DNA from: Anthoceros angustus
Lineage: Eukaryota > Plantae > Anthocerotophyta
Direction: 5' to 3'
DNA length: 64,000 nt
Assembly (NCBI GenBank): GCA_010909165.1
Contig: MU008169.1
Location: forward strand, 496,001 to 560,000
Shown here: positions 36,979 to 50,610 of the stretch, in pieces
Numbering within the stretch: the first letter of the stretch is position 1
Layout of the letters: every line of letters starts with the position of its first letter
Program-made: the position numbers and the translations under genes
Notes under the pieces: generated by a model
Told to the model about the DNA's origin: nothing
Databases searched by the model: none
What the model saw: only the letters and a program-made list of their open reading frames with translations

Positions 36979-39900
36979 TTATAGTTCGAAGCTCGGGGCT
37001 TTTTCGCCTCGCGTAGTTTCGTAAAGAAACCGTGGGACGAACTCCCTGTACGGATCCTGCTTTCGCTTCTCCAATAAGCATGCAATAGAAGATTCGACTT
37101 GGTCTTTGGTATATCGGTACAGGTCATTGGCCTTCCTTCTATCTGTTAAGAGGTCAGGCACGCCTGCACGTGACAAAGAAATTGCATTTTGTAACCCTTT
37201 CGATCTGAGAAATGCTGGACTGAAGTTTCTTGAGTGCAGATGTTCTACCTTTCGTGCGGATCGGTTTCCCAAATAAGGTATACAGCCTGCCCGGTGGCTT
37301 TGGAGAGAAAAGTGGCAAATGAAGTGGCTGATCACCTAAAGTTCCAGAGGCGTTCGGCCTGCGTAAATATATACATCAGAGGGTGCTTCCCTACTGGCCC
37401 ACAGCATGGGATTCAGAAAAGAACACCAATGCAAAGAAACGGTTTAAAAACGATTCTCACCGTGCTTCAGGAATATCTGTTTGGAAGTTCTCGATTCTCG
37501 ATCTGATGAATGGGATGTTCCTCAAGTCATCCAAATCCATCAACAACTGGCAATAGACATTCGTTACGAGGTCAGAACTCTTGCCAGGGGTGAAACAAAA
37601 GAGGGAGGTAAACCTGCTGATTATTACCTCCACTATCTCATCCCCTCCCACCACCCCGAAAGGTATAATGGTTGCTCCGAATCTCGCAGCCATACGAACG
37701 AACTCTGCTTGCTCTGGCCAGAACAATTTATGAAATTCACCCTGCAGCAAAGACGACAATTTTGAGAAGACTGACGTGCCCTGGCATTCACAACCTTTGG
37801 GTAAGATGGAAAAGAGACCACCTTTCGATGAGTAGCCTCTCTGGCGCCCCCTGGATAAAGCAAGATTGACGATCCATTTTCGAGAAGCCTGTACATGTTC
37901 TGGGGAGAGACAGGGGCAGCTCCGAACAGGCGCATTTGGCCCCAGGTTGGTACACTTTCATCCTTGGTACCAAATTCATTGAATAGTGCCGGATGGGCCA
38001 GTCCTCGGATAATTTGGCCTCGCTGCAAAATAAACTCTCCCAGAAATACAGCTAGATCCAAGCCCATAAACGAGTGATTGCCAACGTAGATAATCACCTC
38101 CTCCTCGGGAAGTTTCGGCAGACCTCTAACAAGTTGGCCGGTCTCTGTTGTGGAGAAAAAGACTGGACTGAATAGCTGTCGCAAGATACTGTCGAAGCAT
38201 AAATTGAAGGTTAGGAAGATGAATTGCTTCCCTCCAACCTACGACCACTATGACATCACAAAGGATGTGTGCATACCGGGTTCCATCGTACTCGGCCTCG
38301 AGTTCTTCAGGCGTGGGTAGGACAAAATTACTGACATAGTCCGTTCTATTTCTTGAGAAACGATACAGAGATACCGATTTTATTATAGTTGCCAAATCGA
38401 TGCCGTCTTCCTGCAAAAAATCTGATTTTGAGTTCACTAAGGACACAAGGGGGTCACGAATTTCGCAAACCGTGCAGTCCTAATGCTCACCAGGAGGAGA
38501 GTGTGACCGCTGTCAGGGAAGGTACGCAACGCACAGACGGGGATGGCGCTTTCCAGCCTTTTTGCCTCTTCCACGCTTGGCAACATCTGATCCTTTCCAC
38601 TGCAATGACCACTGTTAGAGACAGACATTGCGCAGTCAATGAAGGTAAAACCTGGCCATCTAGTTCTTCCGTTATTGGCCAAGTACGTTATACCTAGCCA
38701 GTACAAGAACTTGAGCAGTAATGGCGTGCAGACGAGAATTCGCGTATTGACTAGCACGGCGGAGCAACTCCAGCTTCCACAGGAGTGTTTCTCTTGGTAT
38801 CACCTTGCCAAGCGTCTGCAAAGGAACAACCTATAAGTTTGCCACAGTAACCAGACGAAAAACCGATGCGAGGGATGTCTGAAGAACATACAGGCAAAGT
38901 GGGAAGCAGTTCGACAAGGGTGGCTGACAGCTGTTGGGCATAATCCAGAGGAGAAACCTTTTTCTCTACCCTCGCAGCGGCCATACGGAGTGGATCACCT
39001 GCAACGCGTGCCGGGTACGCACGTTACTGACACATATACTGTTGGCACAAACCAAGTCTGCTGCAAAAGCGGACATTGGACAGGCTGCCCACCTAAAACG
39101 AAGCTGAACAGAAATGGTAGAGCTGAAACAGCCTCAGCAGGAAGAACCCCCAACAAGGGCAGATAAAGTTGCAGCTGTGATCGCTCAAAAGACGTTGCTG
39201 TTTGAGGACAAAATTACAAATGCAGCAACTTAATATCCAGTGACTGCACCAACAAGCATAGCAGCTCAACACATGATAGGCTGACAAAGGCACTGACCCG
39301 GGTTTGAAAGAATGAGCACCAAGTCGAGTGCCGGATTTCTGGCAGCTACTGAGAGAGCAAGACAGCCTCCTAAAGAATCTCCCACGATGTATATTGGTTG
39401 CGATCTCGTTTTGCTTTCGGACCTTACACTATCTTCCACAAGCCTCACCAAACCTGCATAAGCTTATCACGCTTCAAAAACCCGGGTCCCCGTGTCTCGA
39501 GGTGCTATACCAAAAAAAAGGCAAGGAATGGTCACCTTGGAAAGGCGTCCTGTCCATGACTGGAATGTGGAGGCATCTTACCTCGAATAACCTGAAACAC
39601 AACGTGCTGGCCCTCATCAGTTTTCTTCCCCTCACAAGAAGATCCACAAATCCCCTACAAGCATGTTCAGGCAAGTTTCAGGAATCAACCGTCCTAATGT
39701 CTGATGCTGCACAACCAGCCCCCAGCCTGTACCATCCATGCCTGCATAACACAGTCTCTGCCATGATCAGTTGCAGACAAACATCTGATGCAAGCTGAAT
39801 GCAAAAATCCTAGAAAATCCAGATATTAAGAGCAGCTGCAACTGTACCGGGGAGGAACAGCAAAACAGGAGCATTCATCGGCGGAGGGCCACATTCCAAC

Positions 39901-40340
39901 GGTGTGAACCATCTGGGAGGGCCGCCATCGGATTTAATTAGGTCTGGACAGCTCTCCATGTAGTCCAGCACGCTCCTCCGCTTGCCATTTCCCGCTTGCT
40001 TGGCCCGCACATCAGCCGCAGGCTGCTGCTCAACAGCGCCGGAATGCACTCCATCGGCTACGCTCCCCGGCACCGGAGGAGGCCTTTTGTCCGAAAGGGA
40101 CGATGCATTGTCGCTCACCAAAACCGCTTTCACCAGGCCAGTCCTTCGGAACTCAGGCTGCCGAGCACCGCAACCGTGTCTGAGAATCACGAATTCTCTG
40201 AAACGACTCCGCGCCGAACATCTGTAGCCAGCAACCTTCACCGCAACAGGCCTGGAAGAGATTCTGTCGGAACAAGAAAGCGGAGGCAGACACGAGGGGC
40301 TGCACAGCTGCGGTCTCCATCCAAAATCCAGACTCCGCAT
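36979..40340 (-). CDS. PES: Plastid phytyl ester synthase-like esterase/lipase/thioesterase-acyltransferase (alpha/beta hydrolase + DAGAT domain), multi-exon
   Basis: Exon pieces: SDGGPPRWFTPLECG..PVLLFLPG|MDGTG, LFEVRCLHIPVMDRTPF, PIYIVGDSLGGCLALSVAARNP, SGKDQMLPS..FPDSGHTLLL, YVGNHSFMG, LLYPGGAREATHRK, EFVRMAARFGATIIPFG, LLEKRKQDPYR; transit-peptide-like N-terminus. Confidence 0.9.
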
Positions 40341-41246
40341 CCTGGAAGAAGCTGCTTTCTACTCCACAAGTGTCATCTGAACACGAGTCCACAGCAATGG
40401 CTGCCGCAGTTCTCCATAGCTTGGAAGCTCGCAAAGCAGAGCATCAACACATATTCCATCTTCTCAACCGCGTCGCTGCATTCTTCACAGACAAAATCCG
40501 CGCGAGGATGGGGTCAGACAGCTTGGACTGTCGGATTGCTTCAGCGGCAAAACAGCGGGATGTCTCATCTAGCTGCAGGACGATACTACTAATGTCGCAC
40601 GCGCCAGCCACGTCCTTGAGGCGGCAGCAGCAGGAGCAGGCGCATCTGCAGCGGCAGCGGCAACAGGCAGCACCTGCGCATTTCGGATTGGCCGGGCTGG
40701 CTGGCACGCGAGCGGCGCAGGGAATCACGTTTGCCTGCCGACCTTCCCGGCACGACAGGGTGCTCTCACACGAGTCGTGAAACGTCTCACACGAGTCCCG
40801 ATTCGTTTCTGCTCATGGAGCAGACAGGCTGCGCCTCCTGTGTCCCCCACCCCAGCTGTCATAGCCAATCATTTCCCATCCCCGGCACTGTACAAACGCC
40901 GGTCAGTTGCCGACAATGCCGGCCAGTTGCTCATCAATTGGCACTGCCATCTTACACACATACCGCTGCAAACAAATATGCCTGCATCTTCGCAGAGCTT
41001 CGATCAGAGAGACAGGCAGAGGGAAGGAGGAACGAAAAGGGGGACCAAGGAGCAAGTGTCCTCGACGCGCAGGGTGGTCCGCAGGTAGTTACTCGTTTTC
41101 TTCAGAACGTGATGCAGCAAAGGAGACGCGTCTCTGCCTGAGTGGTCCAATTTCACCCACGAGTTTGTTCCAAGGAATCATGCACTTCCCCAGGGACAGC
41201 ACGGAAATCCAGGAAGCTCGCTTTCCTTCAGACAAAACTGCATTAA

Positions 41247-43204
41247 CGAGGTTGTCTGCGACTAACTCTCGATGGTATGTACTACAGGATGGCCATATGG
41301 CAGCATCTCCGAGTTGTAGGTATGAACATACCTAGAGCCTGACTGAATTGAACCCAGGGCATCTGCAGAGGAGGAGAGTGAATTCTTTACTTCACCTTCT
41401 TCTTGGACGCAGCGGCGGAAGGACAGAACAGATACCGTGCACCCGACATTCTGAAGTGAAGTAGAAGGCACATACATGGGAGACAGACCTTCAGGGTACC
41501 TGGTTAGTTAGTGTGACCGCACTTCTTCTTCCTGCAGTTCACGGCACTTGGGTGATGCCCTGCTCGCTTCCCAGCACTCGGGATTGATTGCTGGGAGCAG
41601 AACAGAGCAGAAAGGCTTTGTGGTACTTCCCAAGTCCTAAGGCTGTGTTTCACACCAAGCATCAAAATGCCCACGATGAATCAAGCGGAAGCCAAGCGGC
41701 CAAGCCGTGGGAGCCTCCTTCCACAGCAGCTTCCACGTCGGGCTTGGAGCAAGTTGTGCCATCGCTCTGTCACCCAGTTCTCGATAAACCAAAACAGTGC
41801 TCGGATTCTTCGCCAAAACCCATGCCCGTACACGTCCACTGAGGTTTTTGCCTGCCCTGAGAGAGGCCGTTAAGGTCTCTCTCCGCACAGGCCGTGCTGA
41901 GGTTGTCTGCGACTAACTCTCGATGGTATGTACTACAGGATGGCCATATGGCAGCATCTCCGAGTTGTAGGTATGAACATACCTAGAGCCTGACTGAATT
42001 GAACCCAGGGCATCTGCAGAGGAGGAGAGTGAATTCTTTACTTCACCTTCTTCTTGGACGCAGCGGCGGAAGGACAGAACAGATACCGTGCACCTGACAT
42101 TCTGAAGTGAAGTAGAAGGCACATACATGGGAGACAGACCTTCAGGGTACCTGGTTAGTTAGTGTGACCGCACTTCTTCTTCCTGCAGTTCACGGCACTT
42201 GGGTGATGCCCTGCTCGCTTCCCAGCACTCGGGATTGATTGCTGGGAGCAGAACAGAGCAGAAAGGCTTTGTGGTACTTCCCAAGTCCTAAGGCTGTGTT
42301 TCACACCAAGCATCAAAATGCCCACGATGAATCAAGCGGAAGCCAAGCGGCCGTGGGAGCCTCCTTCCACAGCAGCTTCCACGTCGGGCTTGGAGCAAGT
42401 TGTGCCATCGCTCTGTCACCCAGTTCTCGATAAACCAAAACAGTGCTCGGATTCTTCGCCAAAACCCATGCCCGTACACGTCCACTGAGGTTTTTGCCTG
42501 CCTGAGAGAGAGGCCGTTAAGGTCTCTCTCCGCACAGGCCGTGCTGAGGTTGTCTGCGACTAACTCTCGATGGTATGTACTACAGGATGGCCATATGGCA
42601 GCATCTCCGAGTTGTAGGTATGAACATACCTAGAGCCTGACTGAATTGAACCCAGGGCATCTGCAGAGGAGGAGAGTGAATTCTTTACTTCACCTTCTTC
42701 TTGGACGCAGCGGCGGAAGGACAGAACAGATACCGTGCACCCGACATTCTGAAGTGAAGTAGAAGGCACATACATGGGAGACAGACCTTCAGGGTACCTG
42801 GTTAGTTAGTGTGACCGCACTTCTTCTTCCTGCAGTTCACGGCACTTGGGTGATGCCCTGCTCGCTTCCCAGCACTCGGGATTGATTGCTGGGAGCAGAA
42901 CAGAGCAGAAAGGCTTTGTGGTACTTCCCAAGTCCTAAGGCTGTGTTTCACACCAAGCATCAAAATGCCCACGATGAATCAAGCGGAAGCCAAGCGGCCA
43001 AGCCGTGGGAGCCTCCTTCCACAGCAGCTTCCACGTCGGGCTTGGAGCAAGTTGTGCCATCGCTCTGTCACCCAGTTCTCGATAAACCAAAACAGTGCTC
43101 GGATTCTTCGCCAAAACCCATGCCCGTACACGTCCACTCGAGGTTTTTGCCTGCCCCGAGAGAGAGGCCGTTAAGGTCTCTCTCTCCGCACAGGCCGTGC
43201 CGAG
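41247..43204. repeat. Near-identical ~650-bp tandem triplication (units start at 41247, 41898, 42545)
   Basis: Identical or near-identical ORFs at 41262/41913/42560 and 41588/42239/42886; (c/t)gag microhomology at the junctions. Confidence 0.95.
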
Positions 43205-43356
43205 AACCTTCTCAGCTCCAGGTTGGACGTTTAACCCAAGGGTGTTCCGGTTGGGGTTTTGGTGCACCCCAGAGAAAGTGTCTCTGAATCCAAGCAGACT
43301 CTAAAACTGTGTCTCAAGAGACCACTAGCTCGGATGCTAGTCTTTGGAGACCAGGA

Positions 43357-44430
43357 ATGGTGCAGATACCCACCAATTCGAGACTAGCCCAACGTGTAGG
43401 AGCTGTTATGAGCAACACAGTCAGAGTTAGCACAGCAGCTGTTTCAAAACCAGCGTACATTAGTGTTGGGAAGCCAACAAGGATGTCCACAGATGACGAA
43501 GCAGATGCTGCACTGCAGGTACGACATTTGAGAAAAATTTTAGCCTGTGCTCTTCTTGACGGTGTGACTCTACAAATGCTGCTCTCAAACTCATGGAATG
43601 ACCCATCGTGTCTGAGATCTCTAGACTTGGGACTTGTTACAGAGTGTTTGACTCTTGTCAAGTGGAATATTGCAGCCTGGTATGTTTCCCCCTTCTACAA
43701 GCTTATGTGGAAGGGGCTTTGTCGCGGTGCAGAGATGATGCACAAAAAGCTACCTGTCAGGATATTATGAAGGAGGTATGTTTATCTATCCTTTCAGGTG
43801 CCCTTATGTGGGTGGGAAACTTGCCAGATTTTCAAAGGTTCCCGGTGTTGTGAATTTTGTTTCCTCTGATGTCCCTGTTTGTGATTCAAATGCCAAGTTA
43901 TTACCTCTCAGCTTGCTCTTTATGTTGTGGTTTGGTCGGTTAGACTGTTGCCTCAGCAATGTAGCAAATTGAGATTGCTTTGGATCCAAGCAGACTATAA
44001 AAAAGTGTCTGCACAGACGATTACAGAGGCCTCACTGGATGGATCTCTCTTCACAAAGGATTGGGACACCGAGCCATTATTCCCCCTGCCTGAGTTTGTC
44101 GTTGGTGCGAAAGGGTATTAGACTACTCCTGACCATCTCTTTCGTAGGACTCTACAGAAAGACTTGAGTTTTTCTCTGCAAGTAATTTCTTTTGTCCTCG
44201 ACGATGGTCGATTTTTGTTGCATGTGATGTGAGGTCTTTGGTTTGTTCCTTTCTCTCACGCCGGAAGGCAGGGGGTGCAATAATGTTTCTCTTTGCTGCG
44301 ATACAGCGTCAGACCCAGTTGAAGGGTCTGTATGGCGAAGGAATCCAAGGTTGTAGCAACGAGTTTGCTGCTTACAGCCTGCTCTACATCATCTTCCAAC
44401 GGGGAAATAGTTGTGATCTTCTTGAAGCTC
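43357..44430 (+). pseudogene. SAC3A: Internally deleted SAC3 family protein A (SAC3/GANP) remnant
   Basis: VQIPTNSRLA, KPAYISV, LQAYVEGALSRCRDDAQKATCQDIMKE|TITEASLDGSLFTKDWDTEPLFPLP and QTQLKGLYGEGIQGCSNEFAAYSLLYII resemble separate SAC3A blocks. The long region normally between the last two blocks is missing. Confidence 0.75.
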
Positions 44431-44529
44431 GTGCTTTGGGTTTCTTAAGTTCCTGTGAAGCTGAAGACAAAGAAGCTGAAGACAGAGAAGCTCACGGTGG
44501 GCAGATTGTTATGGAGGGCCCGACGGGCG

Positions 44530-45209
44530 AGGCAGTGTTGCCTCATATTCTGAAACACCTGTCTCGCGTCATCCAGGCTACCACACTTTGCATACGCAGC
44601 GACAAGCATGTTCCCCAGAATACATTCGACTGCAACCTTTGGTTGGCAATATCCGTATGCATGGCTTTTACAGTACGTTTCCAGGCATCTTTTCCTGACA
44701 AATTCATTGGCCCCCATCCTATTCTCACACTCTGCAATGGCACTGCACGCCTTCAGATCACAACATAAGTCCTGTCTCTTCGGACAACACCTTCCTGCAG
44801 CATATGTCCATAAAGACGTACACCAAGCCCACCTAGATCTTCACCATTTTGAAAAATGACATTCCAGGAAACCCCATCACGAAACGCCTATTATTCTAGG
44901 AACCCTCAATCCCTGAACGCATTTCCTCAAACACCTGCAGTGCATTCTTCGGATTCCCACACTTGGCATAAGCGTTCGCCAGCATCGTGCCCGTAAAGAT
45001 TTGGCTGCAACGTTCCCACATTTCACTCCCTCTACAAGAATTCGTTCAGCAGTCCTGAGGTCCTTCGAACGTGTGCGCTCCTTGAGCAGAGCCACAAAAA
45101 AGCCTGGCTTCGGCTTCACTCTACCCTGCAGCAGTTTATCCAGCACTTCCAATGTAGCCTGTCTTTTTATGCCCAACTGCTTGCTAGAGCATTTGTGTAG
45201 ACTGACCAT
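44530..45209 (-). pseudogene. Degenerate PLS-class PPR gene 5' fragment
   Basis: FFVALLKERTRSKDLRTAERIL, a frameshifted LANAYAKCGN.KNALQVF motif, and LGNMLVAAYAKCGSLDDARQVFQNM; the fragment ends abruptly. Confidence 0.72.
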
Positions 45210-46764
45210 GTAGACTCATGTTGAGACTGGTACACGCAATGACTCAGGACTTCTGGGCTGCATGCGCAAATCATTTTGAGATCAACCATTTTTTCTGCAT
45301 CCATTGCAGTTGGTTTTATGCTTGTTGTCTCCACTTGCTTGTGGCACTCTTCACCTCAGAGGGCTTGGGACTCGTCTGATCATGGATTGATTCGGACCCG
45401 TATGGATATAGGACTGACTTTCTACTGAGAGTGGTAACGAAGTTCTGCGTCATAAGGCCGCTGTTGATCACCACATCAAAACTCTCAACGACAAAATCCG
45501 GCGTCTTGCCTCTTGACATCTGCTCCGAGCTGTCTGCTGCTCCACTGGCTCATCCACCACGCGCTTCCGTCTGTCCTTCCCCGGTAATCTCGTCCTTGCC
45601 TACTTGAGCGTCTCTGTTTCACTTGATGAAAGATTTTGCACCAAAAGTCACATAGTGGGACTCCAAAGACGGGCAGCGGAGAGAGTGAGATATTTCAAGA
45701 CGTACCCGGGTAGCATAATCCACCTCTAACAGAATAAATAAACAAATAATTACTTAGATTCGGTACATGTTTTCGTAATACATTTTACATGAATAAACTT
45801 TTTGTCCATTTCTTAGTAAATTAGACTATATTAACTTTTGTCCCAATGAGATAGCGTCAATTTGAAAGTGTAGGGAATGTGAAGGAGGACTTTGAATACC
45901 TTCCTTGTTGTCGATGGTAACATAGTTGGCATCCAAATGGGTAGTAGATGTGGTGTTGTTCTACCAGAGAACCTACGATAATGTTGGACTCTGCTGGAGA
46001 AAATATTGAAGAAAATGTAAGCTCCTTACCGGATGCAATTAGAGAACCTCGAAAACATGTTGGTGGATTTGATAAAGACTGGTTATATACGAATATTAGA
46101 TATGGGAGGAAAAATGCTTAGAAGAAATTATATGAGAGAACAGTGTGGTGGTGACATCCGTGGGAGACGGGAGGAGGAGGAGCAGATGGAGTTGCAGGAG
46201 ATGCATATGGAAATGGTGAGGGAGAAGGGTTAGATAGGAGCTGCCATGACTGTGTAAAGAGACGTATTGCACTGCATGCGAGAAGGCACCTTGCAGGCAA
46301 GAGGTGTGTCAAGGCCTTGGTAACAGGAACCAATCTAGCTCTGATATATAGTAGTCACACTTTTCAAGCATGGTTCAACCTCATGGAAACTGAGATCTGA
46401 GGGAATTTGAACCAACCAGTTTGCACTGTCTCAAAGTGCCCACTACTTTCATAGCTTATTAGGGTGGTGGAGCTGGTTGGTGATCTCCCTTTCTTCTGTT
46501 AGTCCATCAGCAAACTCTGACCCGTGGTTTGAATGGCAAAGCTTAAGACTTCATGAAGATGTGAGAACCAAATGCAAAATCATATAGGACTTTTGACCTT
46601 CACCTACAGTGCGTGAGATGTACTCCTGTATAGTCGCACACATACAGCATGTAGAATCTAAACATATGAAGGAGTGAGGACCGTCACAAGGCCCAAACAC
46701 ACAAGAGAATATGGGATAAATGTGGAGCCTTAGCTCTTCCCAATAAGAGTTACCCAAGTTGTGC

Positions 46765-46952
46765 ATTCGGGCTTGATTGTTGGGAGCAGAATAGAGTAGA
46801 AAGGCTTTGTGGTACTTTCCAAGTCCTAGGGCTGTGTTGCAAATCCAGTATTTTAAAATGCCAACGATGAATTAAGTGGAAGCCAGGCGGCCAAGTCGTG
46901 TGAGCCTCCTTCCACTGCAGCTGCCACGTTGGGCTGGGAGCAAGTTGTGCCC
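46765..46952 (+). repeat. Diverged extra copy of part of the ~650-bp triplicated unit
   Basis: ttgattgttgggagcagaatagagtagaaaggctttgtggtactttccaagtcctagggctgtgtt...ggagcaagttgtgcc aligns with 41584-41760. Confidence 0.8.
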
Positions 46953-49089
46953 AATAAGCATTTGAAATGACAACAAGGAAAGAGGTCACCATGGAAAAGA
47001 TGCAAGTGTTTTTCTCTCTCTCACTCGCCAACCACACTGGCGCTTCAAATTATATGGTCAATGCTTGGTCATGTAATATAGTGAATGTGATGGTCGGGTT
47101 TAGCGTTTAAAAGAACCAAAAAACTCATGCAGTTGGGTGGGACACGAGCGATGAGAGAGGGAAATATGCTCAGCAAAAGAGATAAGAATGGTGACAATTG
47201 ACACAAAAAGAAAAGGGAACGAGCTCCCAAACTAGTTTCACCCAAAGGCTCATTAGTGGAAAAATCTTTGATACAAAAAGTGTGAAGGTGCACCACATAA
47301 ATAGGCCTGGGATGGCTTGTAAACTCGAGGAGAAGAGAACTACACCTCAAAGCAACTAAAAATTTAAATAAAAAAATCTCTCAAAAAATCTAAAAAGGGT
47401 TGATCTTGGCTCGCACCAGAAAGGCACCCAATCTCTACGGATTCCGCCAATAGATGATTGGCTTGGCAATTAAAGACAAAGACAAAACGTTTTGCATTTA
47501 TGCAAAAAGTTTAGGGTTTAGGGAAGCCCCGAGGCAGACGTGTGGTGGCTCTCTTGAACTCGTGAAGCTTGGACAAGGTGTCCAGTTATGTGAAATCCAT
47601 CCTAGTTCTCATTCGTCCCTGTTCACATCTATTGAAGCAATCTCCGGGTTAGATTGCCAACATCTAGCACACACTAGTGCTAGTGCTTGTCCTATACTCT
47701 CCTCACTAATAACTAAGCGATCAACACATGATCCTACTCCCGTAAGTTTGTGTATGTCACGATAGGGACAAGACCGGATATTGCTTTCGTTGTTAGTTTG
47801 TCCACAGGTTTTAGATTTTGACCACTAGCACCAAGTCAAGCCAATTCTTCCATGTGTGTTAATCATAAGAGTTTGGTGCATCTCTCTGGGGTACTAGTGA
47901 TCATATGAGAGCTTGGTGTGTCCACAAGAATTTTTTATTTGCTCGCACAAAATATGAGTAAATAAAAAAATATAATTATGCACTCTATGGCTGGATCATG
48001 TGTTAGGATGGGGTGCAGTGATGTTTAGTGTTTCAGTGTAAATTTTAATTTATTTTTAATAAATATAAATATGTCACAATATATTTTTCTTACTCATGTT
48101 GTGAAGGAAGTTATGAGAAACCTCTACAATAGACAACTTCCTTTAAAGAAGCGTATAAAAACCAACTATCTATATACGAGCTATCTCTTTTGAAGAAGCA
48201 TGTAAAAATTAACTATCCATTTTTATACTAGCTATCTAAAAGACTACAAATCGTGGGGGAGGATATTTTAAGTATTACTCTTATAGAATCTTTGATCATA
48301 TTGTTTTAGGAAAGAGTTGTATTGTAGCAGTTTCTGTAGCAGTTTCTAAGTTCAGTAGTTTGCTCTTGTACATAAGAGCTCGAGGACCCCTGTATCATGT
48401 TCCGAAATGCTTTATACCCTTCACGTATCTCTGTTTTAGGACAGTGTTAACAAAAACAAGTAGACTTCTTGAACTTTGAGCGAGATCTACAGTGTGTAAT
48501 AATCTCTTTCTCTATTTATCGATTCGCAAAGATATTTATTTGGGGAGCTTGTTTAAGGCGGTGTTTTCTTGATTTCATATTGCATTCAGAGTGCTTGATT
48601 TTGTGCAGCTGCCCAAGTGGGTTGCCTCTATAATTTGAATTATCCTTTTGGTTGCTTCAATGGTATAGTTTGGTTGTCATATTATGTGCCTTTTCTCCTG
48701 TACAACAACTACGGTATCACGGACGAGTGAGAGGGATTAAGGGCACTTTAAGATCGCTTAGTAGTTGGAGTGTGATTTGGAAATAGTGTTGTCTCATGCT
48801 GTAGGCCCTCAAAAAAGAAAACTAGTATAGAAGGCCAAGGAAACCAAGTGTTGTCTCACCCTTTATCATTGAATACTGAAAGAAAGTTTCGTACTTTATG
48901 GTCTTGCTCAAATTCTAGGGTTATCTTCTTGCTTTGTGCCTAGCGCTTCGACACTAATTTCACATAAAGCTTCATTGAAAAGCAGGAGTTTTCAATCAAA
49001 GGTTTGAAGGATTCATACAACACAGGTGACAAATAGAGGTTTCGAGTTAATCGGTAGAAGTTTTTAAATAGTGATTTGAGAGATTCATT

Positions 49090-50382
49090 ATGGTGACTTC
49101 TAACAAATTTTTTATCATGCTATTCTCTTTTATTATTATTATTTCATTACCAATGTTCTCTAGAGTTCATGGAATTGGAGTAAATTGGGGAGGCCTCTCA
49201 TCTCATCCTCTTGAACCAGCTCAAGGTATTGAGCTCATCAAATCATACGGATTCGATAAAGTGAAGTTTTTTGCACCAAATCCTACAATACTAGATGCAT
49301 TGACAGGTCATCCCGAGCTTGAAGTAATGGTACAATGTACCAATTGGGATCTATCCTATATCGCTGCAGATATCAACAATGCTATGATTTGGGTAGAAGA
49401 AAATATATTAACTTTTATTAGGAGGGGAGCAAAAATCACGTAAGTATACTAACAATAAATAATTGATTAATTTTATATTTTAAACTTATCTATGAGTTTG
49501 AATTTGGTAAGTGAAGTCAAAGAATGATATTTATGTTTATGCATGTTTTTTTTGTTATGTAGACTCATTGGTATTGGTAACGAACCATTGCTAAGAGATT
49601 ATAATAATCAATTCAATTCGGTACTATTGCCAGCAATGAAAAATATATACACAGTTTTAGGATTCACAAATCTTGCTCAATCAGTCACTCTTACCATTCC
49701 ATTCAATGCAGACATCTTACAAGCAGCCTCTAATTTATCACCGCCATTGACAACTTTCCGTGAAGACATTTCAGATTTGATGAAAAACATTACTCAATAC
49801 TTATTCTCAATAAGTGGAGTATTCATGATCAATACATATCCCTTTTTTGATACAAGTGATCCCAATTTTCCCTTACCCTATGCATTTTTTGATAGTAATT
49901 ATACAGATGCAAATAATTATCCAAATGCTTTTGTGGCAGTTTACGATATGTTGGTGAGTGCATTGACAAACATAGGATACTACAACATGGATATAATAGT
50001 GGGTGAAACAGGGTGGCCAACAGATGGTGCTTCGACTGCAAACATATCTAATGCACAAAGATTCAATCAAGGATTGTGCAACTATTTGCGTAGTGAGCAA
50101 GGTACCCCACAACGACCACACACAGCTATAGAAGTTTTTTTATTTGGATTGGTGGATGAAGATTTAAAGCCACTTTCAGCAGGTTCATTCGAGCAATCAT
50201 GGGGATTGGCTGATATAAAGGGTGATCCCAAATACCTCCTAGACTGTTCCATCCCACACGCTGATCTTCCTTCTCCTCCTCCTATTTCAAAAGCCGTGTC
50301 TAATTATCATGGCTCTCCTACCCTTGCTTTGTGTTTTGGCATTTTAACTTTTTTTGGTCTCTCTCTCTCGATTTCACCATGA
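49090..50382 (+). CDS. GH17 glucan endo-1,3-beta-glucosidase with signal peptide and hydrophobic (GPI-like) C-terminus, no X8 domain; exons 49090-49439 and 49563-50382
   Basis: Signal peptide followed by IGVNWGGLSSHPL; IGIGNEP (acid/base Glu); FMINTYPF; IIVGETGWPT (nucleophile Glu); FLFGLVDEDLK..FEQSWG; GT-AG intron 49440-49562. Confidence 0.93.
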
Positions 50383-50397
50383 AGGTAAGCTTCTTGA

Positions 50398-50610
50398 ATG
50401 TGTGTCCAGATGGCTCAGGCCAAATGGACGCATTTTTATGAGAATGTGGGTGTTAAGCATCCTTCGCTTCGATTGGTACTGAGATGGGTGCCTAGAAGGA
50501 GTGGATGCCCTTGGTGCTACTAGCTTAGGCACACCATGGTACAAGTTGTTAAGTATCAGGTTCCATGATAGGAAAATTCCATCCAAGTAGACTACAATAG
50601 ACTTCTTCTT
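50398..50610 (+). mobile_element. Dispersed ~210-bp SINE-like or LINE-tail element, copy 3 (opposite orientation, more diverged)
   Basis: agcttaggcacaccatggtacaagttgttaagta is the reverse complement of the shared core; ends in cttcttcttt. Confidence 0.65.

Noticed and set aside
45316-46340. Short ORFs between the PPR fragment and the SAC3A-related repeat
   Set aside because: No recognisable family and interrupted by stops; cannot be supported as genes.
47400-48900. Possible LTR retrotransposon remains and a ttagggtttagg telomere-like motif
   Set aside because: No paired LTRs, primer-binding site or gag/pol motifs could be identified; the motif is under two telomere units.
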